In this document: positions 1-8,583 of the stretch, piece after piece | Layout of the letters: every line of letters starts with the position of its first letter | Position numbering within the stretch: the stretch's first letter is position 1 | From: Candidatus Eiseniibacteriota bacterium | Lineage (GTDB): Bacteria > Eisenbacteria > RBG-16-71-46 | Direction of reading: 5' to 3' | DNA length: 64,000 nucleotides | NCBI GenBank assembly: GCA_963717505.1 | Contig: OY970342.1 | Span: 3,360,001-3,424,000, forward strand | Notes under the pieces: model-generated | What the model was told of the DNA's origin: nothing | Databases searched by the model: none | The model's input: only the letters and a program-made list of their open reading frames with translations | Made by a program: the position numbers and the translations under genes

Positions 1-993
1 AAGCTGCCGGAAGCCGGCGGAGAGCGTGCCATTGACCGGTGTGTCGGCAGGATCGGAAGCGGATGCCAGGCGCACAGCGTCGTTGCTCGCCACCTGGTTC
101 CAGTAGTCGTCGGTCGCGTAGAGGTTGACCGTGAAGCTGCGTCCCGCCGCCTGACTGGCCGGAACGCCGGTGATGCCGCTCACGCTCCCGGGAAGGGGCG
201 ATTGGCCCGGCATCACGATCTGCAGGCGCCGGAAGGGGCCTGGGTGGACGACGAAGCCGTTGCTGGTGCCGCTCTGCGACGGATGGCCATCGACTTCGCC
301 CCCGACGAAGGCGTTCCCACTGGTCGGGGCGGTCTCGTCGGCGCGGTAGACGGTGACGCTTCCGCTCCATTGGCCGGACGTCAGAGTCACGGTGGCCGGC
401 GTGATGCGCCCCTGGCCGAAGCTGGTCAGCTGGCGAAGCCGCACGGTCCCCGTGAACCCGCTCACGACGTCGCCGTTCGGATCCCGGGCCGTGATCGTGG
501 TCGCCAACGGGACGCCGGCGGTCTGGTTCCTCGAAATGTTCGCAAACTCGAGGCTCTGGAGCACGATCGATCGAACCGCGGAACTGGCGCCATCCGGGAT
601 CGTGATGTCCGATTGGTCGTGCGCGTAGATCGTGAAGTTGCCGCCGGCATTCAGGATCACGAGGAAGTTCCCCGTGCCCGCGACGAGCTGGGCCGACGCG
701 GGGAGCGATGCGCTCGCGTCCGAACTCAGGATCCGGATCGTGTGCGTCACCGTGGGCACCAGCTCCCAGGCTGCGTCGCACGCGTTGACCGTGATGCTGA
801 ACGGCACGCCCGCCGTTTGTGGGTTCGGGGTTCCGCTCTTGCCTGAAGTGGTTCCCGGGGCCGCAGTTTCGCCCGGCAGCAGTACCTGCAGCCGCGCGAA
901 CGGCCCCGCGATCGCGGGTCCAGCGTTGAGTTGGGCGGCCAGAATCAGAGCCAGCCACACTAGCGAACGAGCCGCACGTAGTCCTTGGCGCAC
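1..993 (-). CDS. Large secreted protein with repeated Ig-like modules (5' part only; runs off the window)
   Basis: Not in the ORF track. GTG at 993 is preceded by SD AAGGAGG. Translation MRQGLRAARSLVWLALILAAQLNAGPAIA (signal peptide), then PFARLQVLLPGETAAPG...; a similar motif (PFRRLQIVMPGQ) recurs further down. Frame stays open to position 1. Confidence 0.8.
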   Translation of the reverse strand, partial: MRQGLRAARSLVWLALILAAQLNAGPAIAGPFARLQVLLPGETAAPGTTSGKSGTPNPQTAGVPFSITVNACDAAWELVPTVTHTIRILSSDASASLPASAQLVAGTGNFLVILNAGGNFTIYAHDQSDITIPDGASSAVRSIVLQSLEFANISRNQTAGVPLATTITARDPNGDVVSGFTGTVRLRQLTSFGQGRITPATVTLTSGQWSGSVTVYRADETAPTSGNAFVGGEVDGHPSQSGTSNGFVVHPGPFRRLQIVMPGQSPLPGSVSGITGVPASQAAGRSFTVNLYATDDYWNQVASNDAVRLASASDPADTPVNGTLSAGFRQL

Positions 994-1011
994 GACAACC
1001 TCCTTGAACGA

Positions 1012-1038
1012 AGGGCGCGGCGATCGCAGCCGCGCCCT
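1012..1038 (-). terminator. GC-rich hairpin (terminator or mRNA-stabilising stem)
   Basis: AGGGCGCGGC-gatcgca-GCCGCGCCCT, a perfect 10-bp stem between two co-directional genes; weak U-tract. Confidence 0.5.
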
Positions 1039-1045
1039 CGATCTT

Positions 1046-3565
1046 CTAGTTCACGACCGTGACTCTCTGGATGACTGATGCCTCCGGTGACTGAATACGA
1101 ATGAAGTACACGCCCGGGGGCACCCTCGAGCTCCGCTCGTTGGATCCGTCCCAGGTCACTCTCTGCTGGCCGGCAATGCGGAAGTCGTTCATGAGCTTCT
1201 TCACGATTCGACCCTGCATGTCATAGACCGCCACATGCACCCGGCTATCGCGGGCCATCGTGAAGGACAGCTCCGTGCCGGGATTGAGCGGGTTGGGCAT
1301 CACCCGGGCGCCGAGCGCCGACTCGAAGGCGCGCGTGACCCTGCCGTCCTCGTCGTCCACACGAGCGTCCTTGCCGTCGCCGCCATCATCGTCGTCGTCG
1401 TCCCCGTGGTCCTTGCTACGGTCGCGATCGCCAAACGTGGCCACGACAGTGGCGCCGCTGGTGAGCGTCGCCAGGATCTCGGCGTCGACCAGGGCGCACG
1501 GCAATTGCTTCCAACCGTGGTTGCCGCTCGAGGCGGTCACCGTAGTTTTCGCGAACAGGCCGAGCAGCGCCTCCGTCGAGAAGCAGGCGCGGATGCCGAG
1601 CGTGTCGCAGGTGGCATTGCGCTTCCAGCACCCGTCACGATCGTGGTGGTGGGAGTCCTCGCAGCTCAGGTTGCACTTGTCGCGATCGCCATGGTCGCCG
1701 CCGCCGTCGTCGTCGTCGTCGCCATGTCCGCCACCATCGTCGTCGTCATCGTCCCGACCGCCCCCAAAACCGCCGTCAACTCCATGATCGCCCGCCGCCC
1801 CAAAGGCACCGTCAACGCTGGGAGCGCCGTCGGCCCCATGACCACTGCGACCGTGGCAATCACGATCGATCTGAGCACCCTCCAGCGCCGGGATGGACTT
1901 GCCATTGAACTGGAGCCTGATGCTGGACAGGACCACATCCTCCAAGTTGAACGAGCCGCTGATCGGTTTGATGCGGAAGCAATGAGTTTCGCGGTGGGGC
2001 TTGAACTTGCCAATGAGACACGCGCTGCCTGCAACGTCGCCACTTCCGCCGCCACCCACGTCCATGACCGTGATGGTCGTGCTCGCGGTGCCGGTGCCGC
2101 CGTTCCCGTCGTTTCCGACGAACGCCACTGCATAGGTCCCCGATTGCGACGAGCCGGGCGTCCACGAGAAGGTGCCGGTGTTGTCGCCCAGATCGGTGAA
2201 CGTGGCCCCATCGGGCACCGAGTTCGCCGTGAGCGTGACGTGGTCACCGTCCGGGTCAGAGGCGGTCACCGTGAACGAGAGGTTGACGCCCTCGTCGACC
2301 TGCTCGGTCGCCGGAGCGCTCAGTGCCGGCGCCTGGTTCACGGGGGTGTCACCGGTCACCGTGATCGACGTGCTGGCGAAACTGGTGCCGCCGCGGTTGT
2401 CCATGCCGGTGAACGAGGCAATGTGCGTCCCTTCCTGGCCCGAGACCGGGCTCCAGGTGAAGGTTCCCGTGTTGTTCCCGTTGTCGACGAAGCTGGACCC
2501 ATCGGGCAGCTCGCGGTCGATGAGTTCGACGGGGTCCCCGTCGGGATCGGTCGCGGTGACGTCGAAGCTGAGGGTCGATCCAATCGCGACCGACGCGGTC
2601 GCCGGAGCGGTCACCTGTGGCGCGCGGTTGCCCTGGCCCGGACCGGTGACGATGATGTCGAAGAACTCAGTGACGGAAACTCCTTGGGAGGTCGCGGTGA
2701 TGGACGCATGGTAGGTCCCTGCGCTCCCGACGGGCGGAGTGACCGTAATCGTGGTGTTCACCTCTCCGGTGCCCGTGCCCGGAGGATTCAGGGTTGCCCA
2801 CGGCGGCAGGGCCGCGGTGAGCTCGATGAACGCGCCGGAGACGCCGGCCGCGTGGACCGGCACCGACAGGGATGCGCCGCCCGCTACCGTCACGTCATCG
2901 ATCGGAGTGAACGCCAGTGCCGGCGGACTCGCGACACGGATATGCGTCACGGTCGTCGACGAAAGGGCGTTCGCTGCGGTGAACTGGACGTCGTACTCGC
3001 CGGCGTCACCCGCACCCGGGGTCCAGTCGAACATCCCGACCGTTCTGGAACTGTTCGGAATGAACGTGGCTCCGTCGGGAAGGCCCGTTGCGACGAGCGA
3101 TACGATCATGTTCCCATCTGGATCGCTGGCGTTGACCGCAAAGGTGAGATCCGATCCGGCCGTAACCTCCTGCAGAGGGAGCACCGTCACCCTCGGCGCC
3201 TGGTCCGAGCCCATGGCGTTGACAGTGATCTGGAAGACTTTGACAGTGGAGACGCCTCCAGCCGTGGCGGTGACCGCGGCCGTGAAGTCGCCCAAGTGGG
3301 CGCTCAACGGCGCCAGAGTCAGGCTGGTGACTACGACCCCGGTACCGATCGTCGGCGTGTTCAGCGTCACGAACGGAGGTAGGGCCGCCGTGATCGTGAT
3401 CAAACGGTCGTTCTCGTCGACCGCAACCACATCCACGTTCAACGTGGAGCCGGCATTCAGGCTCACGTTCGCTATGGGAGACAGCAGCGGTGCCTGCGCA
3501 TGAGCTACAGACAAAGGCGCGAGCAGAAGCAGGCACAGAGTCAGCAACCTGAGTGATGCTTTCAT
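1046..3565 (-). CDS. Secreted protein with tandem Ig/cadherin-like repeats, an Asp/His/Cys-rich region and a C-terminal FlgD-Ig/T9SS-like sorting domain
   Basis: Start reassigned to ATG 3565 (SD GAGGAG). Signal peptide MKASLRLL...AHA. Repeated 'F.V.A.DPDG....LP.GA.F......GTF.W.P' modules. Tail PNPLNP...YDMQGR...WDG...PGVYF. Confidence 0.85.
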   Translation of the reverse strand: MKASLRLLTLCLLLLAPLSVAHAQAPLLSPIANVSLNAGSTLNVDVVAVDENDRLITITAALPPFVTLNTPTIGTGVVVTSLTLAPLSAHLGDFTAAVTATAGGVSTVKVFQITVNAMGSDQAPRVTVLPLQEVTAGSDLTFAVNASDPDGNMIVSLVATGLPDGATFIPNSSRTVGMFDWTPGAGDAGEYDVQFTAANALSSTTVTHIRVASPPALAFTPIDDVTVAGGASLSVPVHAAGVSGAFIELTAALPPWATLNPPGTGTGEVNTTITVTPPVGSAGTYHASITATSQGVSVTEFFDIIVTGPGQGNRAPQVTAPATASVAIGSTLSFDVTATDPDGDPVELIDRELPDGSSFVDNGNNTGTFTWSPVSGQEGTHIASFTGMDNRGGTSFASTSITVTGDTPVNQAPALSAPATEQVDEGVNLSFTVTASDPDGDHVTLTANSVPDGATFTDLGDNTGTFSWTPGSSQSGTYAVAFVGNDGNGGTGTASTTITVMDVGGGGSGDVAGSACLIGKFKPHRETHCFRIKPISGSFNLEDVVLSSIRLQFNGKSIPALEGAQIDRDCHGRSGHGADGAPSVDGAFGAAGDHGVDGGFGGGRDDDDDDGGGHGDDDDDGGGDHGDRDKCNLSCEDSHHHDRDGCWKRNATCDTLGIRACFSTEALLGLFAKTTVTASSGNHGWKQLPCALVDAEILATLTSGATVVATFGDRDRSKDHGDDDDDDGGDGKDARVDDEDGRVTRAFESALGARVMPNPLNPGTELSFTMARDSRVHVAVYDMQGRIVKKLMNDFRIAGQQRVTWDGSNERSSRVPPGVYFIRIQSPEASVIQRVTVVN

Positions 3566-3630
3566 GAGTCCTCCTCGAATCACGCCGGGAGGGACCATTG
3601 CCCAACAAGCGTCAGAAGCCCAAAGGTCAA

Positions 3631-3646
3631 AGCAGCCAGCGTGCCC
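3631..3646 (-). promoter_or_regulatory. Possible sigma54 (-24/-12) promoter
   Basis: Minus strand GGGCAC-GCTGG-CTGCT, with GG and GC 10 nt apart, about 65 nt upstream of the Ig-protein start; imperfect consensus. Confidence 0.3.
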
Positions 3647-3913
3647 GCGATTTCTTGCAGAATGCGCCGAAAGCATGACCGCGCTCCGATCCGATTGGTG
3701 CCAACCGATCACGCTCGTTGCAGGACGCCACGAGGCCCGAATTGAGCGCCTGGCGAGAGGACAAGGTTTCGGTGGACTGGGGATTCGGCCCAGCGGAATT
3801 CATGCAGGCCGCATGCGCAGCAATTGCAGGTTGGCGTTCGGTGGTCGTGAGCCCATGGAGGGTTCGTCCGGGAACAGCCACCGGCCGCGCTCGAACCTTC
3901 TCCTTTATAGAGG

Positions 3914-3928
3914 TAGATTCGCCTGATG
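3914..3928 (+). promoter_or_regulatory. -10 box abutting the start codon (putative leaderless promoter)
   Basis: TAGATT-cgcctg-ATG with no properly spaced SD; same arrangement before three paralogues. Confidence 0.6.
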
Positions 3929-6208
3929 CCTCTGACCGTCGGGACCCGTCTCGGCAACTACGAGATCGCCGCCCCGCTTGGGGCCGGTGGAATGGGAGAG
4001 GTCTACCGGGCGCGCGATACGCGGCTCGGACGTGACATTGCCATCAAAGTGTTACCCGAGGCGGTCGCCTCCTCGCCCGATCGCCTCGCCCGCTTCGAGC
4101 GCGAGGCACGGACCGTCGCGAGCCTCAATCACCCCAACATCGTGGTCCTGCACTCCATCGAGGAAGTCTCCGGTACGCGCTTCCTCACGATGGAACTGGT
4201 CGAGGGGAACGACCTCGCCACGCTGATCAAACCCGGCGGCCTGCCACTCGCTCAGGTGCTCGACTTGAGCGTCCCGCTCGCCGATGCGCTCGTGGCCGCG
4301 CACGACAAAGGCATCGTGCATCGCGACCTGAAACCCGCGAACGTCATGGTGACGCGCGAGGGCCGGCTCAAGGTGTTGGACTTTGGCCTCGCCAAGCTCG
4401 TGCAGGGGGAGCCCACGTTCGAGGACACGCAGATGATCACCAGGACGTCGCCGATCTCAGTGGTCGGAGCCGTGGTGGGCACGGCGCCGTACATGGCGCC
4501 CGAGCAGCTGCGCGGCGAAGGCGCCGACGCGCGCACGGACTTGTTCGCGCTCGGCATCATCGTCCATGAACTCGCTTGCGGGCGAAGGCCGTTCGCCGGC
4601 AGGACCATCGCCGAAGTGAGTTCGTCCATCCTGCGCGATGAGCCGGAGTCCCTGGCGAGCATCCGCCCCGATATGCCGCACGATCTGGAGCGGATCGTCA
4701 GACGGTGCCTGGAGAAGAATCCTGGGGACCGGTATCCGCGAGCCTCCGACGTCCGCGACGCACTGGCGTCCTTGCGAAGCGCGGCGCCCGGGGGTGCGGT
4801 CGCGGGGTCGCAACCAGCGCTGTCGGTCGCGCCGGCCCGCGCGCCCGAGGGACCCTCGATTGCGGTTCTGCCGCTCGTGAACATGAGCCGCGAACCCGAC
4901 AACGAGTATTTCTCCGACGGTTTGACCGAAGAGCTGATGAACATGCTGATCAAGATCCGCGGCCTCCGGGTCGCCGCGCGCACGTCTTCGTTCCACTTCA
5001 AGGGCAAGACCCCGACGATCGCCGAGGTGGGGAAAGCGCTCAACGTGGCCACCGTGCTCGAAGGCAGCGTCCGAAAGGCGGGGGACCGGGTGCGTGTCTC
5101 GGTCCAGCTGGTGAAGGTCGCGGACGGCTACCACCTGTGGTCGGAGACGTTCGAGCGCAAATTGGACGACATCTTCGCCGTGCAGGACGACGTCGCCCGC
5201 GCCGTCGTCGCGGCACTGCCCGGAGCGTTGCTGCACAGCCAGGATGGCCTGGCGGCCCGCCGGGGGACGCACGACCGCGATGCCTACGACGCCTTCCTCG
5301 AGGGGCGCTTCTTCTGGAACAAGCGCACCGAAGCCGACGGAAAGAAAGCCATCCAGTTCTTCGAGCGCGCCATCGCGATCGATGCCGAGTTCGCCGAAGC
5401 ATGGGCCGGACTCGCCGACTGCTACGTAACTCTTCCTTACTACAGCCTGACCCCGACGTCCGAGACGCTCCCGAAAGCGCGCGAGGCGGCACTGCAGGCG
5501 CTGAAACTCCGGCCGGAACTCGGATCCGTCCACGCCACGCTCGGCTACGCGCTGATGGTGGATCTCAGGTGGACCGAGGCGGAGCAAGAGTATCGGCGGG
5601 CAATCGAGCTGAGTCCCGACGACGCCATCGCGCACAAGTGGTACGCGGATCTCCTGATGATGACCGGCCGCTCGCATGCGGCGCTGCGTGAGATCCGGCG
5701 GGCGCTCGAGCTCGACCCGCTCTCCGCCAACATCTGGCCCATCCTGGGGGAGTGGCATTGGCTCGAGGGGCAGCTCGACGAGGCGATGGCTGCGTATCTC
5801 AAGGCGCTCGAGCTCACGCCGACGCTGCCGCTGGCGCTCGAGCTGGCCGCTCGTCTGTGCTGGCAGCGCGGGGATGTCGAGCAGTACTTCTCGCTACGCG
5901 AGCGACTCGAGGCCGTTTCGCCACGCGTCGCGGCGCCCACGGCGGCGCTGCGCGAAGCCTATGCGCGGGGCGGCAGGGACGCGGTGTTGCGGGCGCAGCT
6001 CTCTGCTCCGGTCGCGCAGCTGCTCCCCACGGATCGGGCCCGGTGGCACGCCGAGCTGGGCGACCTCGATGCCGCATTCCGGGACCTCGACGACTCGCTC
6101 GCCCTGCGCGAGATGCGCCTGCCCTACGTCACCTACTTCGCGGACTTCGCCCCGCTGTGGAAAGACCCGCGCTTCGAGGCATTGCTCGTGCGCATGGGTG
6201 TTCGTTAG
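3926..6208 (+). CDS. Hanks-type Ser/Thr kinase + TolB_N-like domain + TPR repeats (cytoplasmic)
   Basis: GAGGMGEVY, AIK, HRDLKPAN, DFG and APE motifs; SIAVLPL..EYFSDGLTEEL TolB_N-like domain; TPR helices. Confidence 0.95.
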   Translation: MPLTVGTRLGNYEIAAPLGAGGMGEVYRARDTRLGRDIAIKVLPEAVASSPDRLARFEREARTVASLNHPNIVVLHSIEEVSGTRFLTMELVEGNDLATLIKPGGLPLAQVLDLSVPLADALVAAHDKGIVHRDLKPANVMVTREGRLKVLDFGLAKLVQGEPTFEDTQMITRTSPISVVGAVVGTAPYMAPEQLRGEGADARTDLFALGIIVHELACGRRPFAGRTIAEVSSSILRDEPESLASIRPDMPHDLERIVRRCLEKNPGDRYPRASDVRDALASLRSAAPGGAVAGSQPALSVAPARAPEGPSIAVLPLVNMSREPDNEYFSDGLTEELMNMLIKIRGLRVAARTSSFHFKGKTPTIAEVGKALNVATVLEGSVRKAGDRVRVSVQLVKVADGYHLWSETFERKLDDIFAVQDDVARAVVAALPGALLHSQDGLAARRGTHDRDAYDAFLEGRFFWNKRTEADGKKAIQFFERAIAIDAEFAEAWAGLADCYVTLPYYSLTPTSETLPKAREAALQALKLRPELGSVHATLGYALMVDLRWTEAEQEYRRAIELSPDDAIAHKWYADLLMMTGRSHAALREIRRALELDPLSANIWPILGEWHWLEGQLDEAMAAYLKALELTPTLPLALELAARLCWQRGDVEQYFSLRERLEAVSPRVAAPTAALREAYARGGRDAVLRAQLSAPVAQLLPTDRARWHAELGDLDAAFRDLDDSLALREMRLPYVTYFADFAPLWKDPRFEALLVRMGVR

Positions 6209-6221
6209 GCGGCGCGACACC

Positions 6222-6776
6222 ATGACGCGGGTCGCCCTGGTCTCGTCGATCCTCGCCGTCGCACTGACGGGTTGTTTCGCCTTGAAGCCACCTGACAACG
6301 TCGGCTTTGAGGCCCCTCACGCGCTCCAGGAGCTCGCGGGCACCTACCAAAATCTCGGTGAAACAGCTCCCAACATGGGGTTCCACTACCTATCGGAGAT
6401 CATCTGGCCCGGCGACACGACGCTGCGCCACCAGTCGATTCGCACCATCTCGGTCCAGGCGATTGGCGACACGGTGCTTGCGGTTCGAGGCTTCAGCGAC
6501 AGCGGGGTCGTGAAGGAAGGGTCTTTCGTTTCGGGGAAAGACTTCGAGTTCACCGGCGGGCGTCTCCATTTGCGCACCAGGGTGGAGAACACGCTCAACA
6601 CTCCCGAGGCGGGTGGGCTGTTTGTGCTCACCACCACTCAGGAACTCGGCCTCGACAAGCAGGGGCAGGGCAAATTCAAGAAACAGGAAACCGTCGTCGG
6701 AGCGGCTTACCTCGTCATGCCCATCGCGCTCACGGAGAGCACCGAGGTACGCTTCCTTCGGCTTGCGAAGCCCTGA
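6222..6776 (+). CDS. Hypothetical lipoprotein
   Basis: ATG 6222 within ORF 5676..6776; hydrophobic signal peptide with lipobox LTG-C. Confidence 0.75.
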   Translation: MTRVALVSSILAVALTGCFALKPPDNVGFEAPHALQELAGTYQNLGETAPNMGFHYLSEIIWPGDTTLRHQSIRTISVQAIGDTVLAVRGFSDSGVVKEGSFVSGKDFEFTGGRLHLRTRVENTLNTPEAGGLFVLTTTQELGLDKQGQGKFKKQETVVGAAYLVMPIALTESTEVRFLRLAKP

Positions 6777-6804
6777 GTCACCGCCCTGAGCCTGGTTGTG
6801 GGCA

Positions 6805-8583
6805 TCATTGGATCGCGACAAGACGCCGATCCCAGCCGCCGGTTGCCGTCGTCATGCGCACCCAGTAGACGCCGCTCGCGGGGAGCCATGCGCGCTCGAG
6901 CCGGGCGCGACCCCAGCCGGCGGGTGCTTCACCTTCGAACAGCGTCCGAACCCGGCGACCCTGCAGATCATGCAGCGTCACGCGCGCGTACTCGGCGCGG
7001 GCCGACCAGAACGCGACGGATCCGGAGAGGCGCAGCGGATTCGGGGTGATCCGGATACGCTCGCTCGCCTCGGGCCATGGTTCGAAGGGCACGCTGGTCG
7101 ACACCTGCCCTTCCACCATCGTTCGCAGCGTGTCGGCGGCCAGGCTGGTGACCACGTCGACGCGGCCGCTCGGCCACTCGAGGCGCACCGAGTCCGCGAC
7201 CGCTGCATCCCCGAGCCCGAAGTGCGCGATCAGGGCGTTCTGCCCTCCGTAGCCGGTGTTCGCGGAGATCTCGCGTAGCTGCCAGCGCGGCGTGCCGCCG
7301 ATGGTCGCGCGCACGCGCACGCGCAGCCCGATCGCCGAGCGATTCGACGGCTGTCCGACGCACGCGACCTCGAGCCAATGATTTCCATTCACGAGATCGT
7401 TGCGATAGAGCACGCTCGGACCCTCGCTCCTCGCGGTCGGCAGGAACAGATCGAGGTCGCCGTCCTGGTCGTAGTCGCCGGCGGCCACGCCGTAGGCCGA
7501 GCGCGGCGGTGTGGTCGCCAAGGTCGCCACGCTGGTGAAAGTGCCGTTGCCATTGTTGCGATAGAAGCGATCGGCCTGCGCGTTGTCGCGTGCAACGTGG
7601 ACGTCGAGATCGCCGTCGTTGTCGAAGTCCCCCCATGCCACCCCGTGCGCAGCGCCCATGTCGGTGACGATCGTGCCAGCTACGATCTTGGTGAACCCCG
7701 TGACGCCGTCGTTGCGGTAGAGCTGGTTCGGCACCGAGGTGTAGTTGATCGCGTAGCAGTCGAGGTCACCGTCGTTGTCGTAGTCGGCCCAGCTCAGCAC
7801 CTGCGAGTCGCGCGGGTCGGTGGCCAGCGTGCCGGTCGTGATCGCCTCGAAGTCCGCGGTGCCGGTCTCGATCAGGCGGTTGCGATACATCTGGTCGAGA
7901 CCGAGCGAGCCGACGGGACCGCTGCCGAAGAAGAGATCCAGGTCGCCGTCGCCATCGAAGTCCGCCCAGGTCGGGTTGTGGTGCGACCCGGCGGTCGAAA
8001 CCGCGCTGCCGGCGATCTCCAGAAACGTGCCGTCGCCGAGATTTCGAAACAGCCGGTTCCCGGTCGTCATGCCGAGGACACCCGTGATGGTGGAGACCAC
8101 AAGATCGACGTTTCCGTCGCGATCGTAGTCGCCCCAGGCGCAGCCCACGCCCTTCATTGCGTCGCCGCTGATCCCGGATGCCACATCCAGGGTCCAACTC
8201 GCGGCAGTCCTGCGGTAAAGTCGGCCGCCCTTGGTGGAGAGTGCGGTGACGTACGCGTCGAGGTCGCCATCGTTGTCGGCGTCGGCCCAACTGCTGCAAA
8301 CGCTCTCCGCGGAATCCTGCACCACCGGCTCGCCGAGGACGCGCACAAACGTATCGCCACCATCGTTTCGGTAGAGCACGTTGTCGTTGTTGGCCGAGAA
8401 CGAGGTGACCACGTAGAGATCGAGATCCCCGTCGCCGTCGAAGTCCACCCACGAGGCCCCGGTCGAGAACGCGACGTGCGCGGCCATGTCGGGCACGGCG
8501 ACCGGCGTGAAGACCTGCGCCGCAGCCGGAGGGATTGCACCGCCGACGACGACGAGACCACAAGCCAGCGCACGACTAATCAC
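6805..8583 (-). CDS. FG-GAP/VCBS repeat + ASPIC/UnbV (CRTAC1-like) protein with FlgD/T9SS-like tail
   Basis: About seven W.D.D.DGD.DL repeats; ASPIC motif 'SNRSAIG.RV...HFGLG...WPSG'; GTG 8583 overlaps the upstream stop (GTGA). Confidence 0.9.
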   Translation of the reverse strand: MISRALACGLVVVGGAIPPAAAQVFTPVAVPDMAAHVAFSTGASWVDFDGDGDLDLYVVTSFSANNDNVLYRNDGGDTFVRVLGEPVVQDSAESVCSSWADADNDGDLDAYVTALSTKGGRLYRRTAASWTLDVASGISGDAMKGVGCAWGDYDRDGNVDLVVSTITGVLGMTTGNRLFRNLGDGTFLEIAGSAVSTAGSHHNPTWADFDGDGDLDLFFGSGPVGSLGLDQMYRNRLIETGTADFEAITTGTLATDPRDSQVLSWADYDNDGDLDCYAINYTSVPNQLYRNDGVTGFTKIVAGTIVTDMGAAHGVAWGDFDNDGDLDVHVARDNAQADRFYRNNGNGTFTSVATLATTPPRSAYGVAAGDYDQDGDLDLFLPTARSEGPSVLYRNDLVNGNHWLEVACVGQPSNRSAIGLRVRVRATIGGTPRWQLREISANTGYGGQNALIAHFGLGDAAVADSVRLEWPSGRVDVVTSLAADTLRTMVEGQVSTSVPFEPWPEASERIRITPNPLRLSGSVAFWSARAEYARVTLHDLQGRRVRTLFEGEAPAGWGRARLERAWLPASGVYWVRMTTATGGWDRRLVAIQ

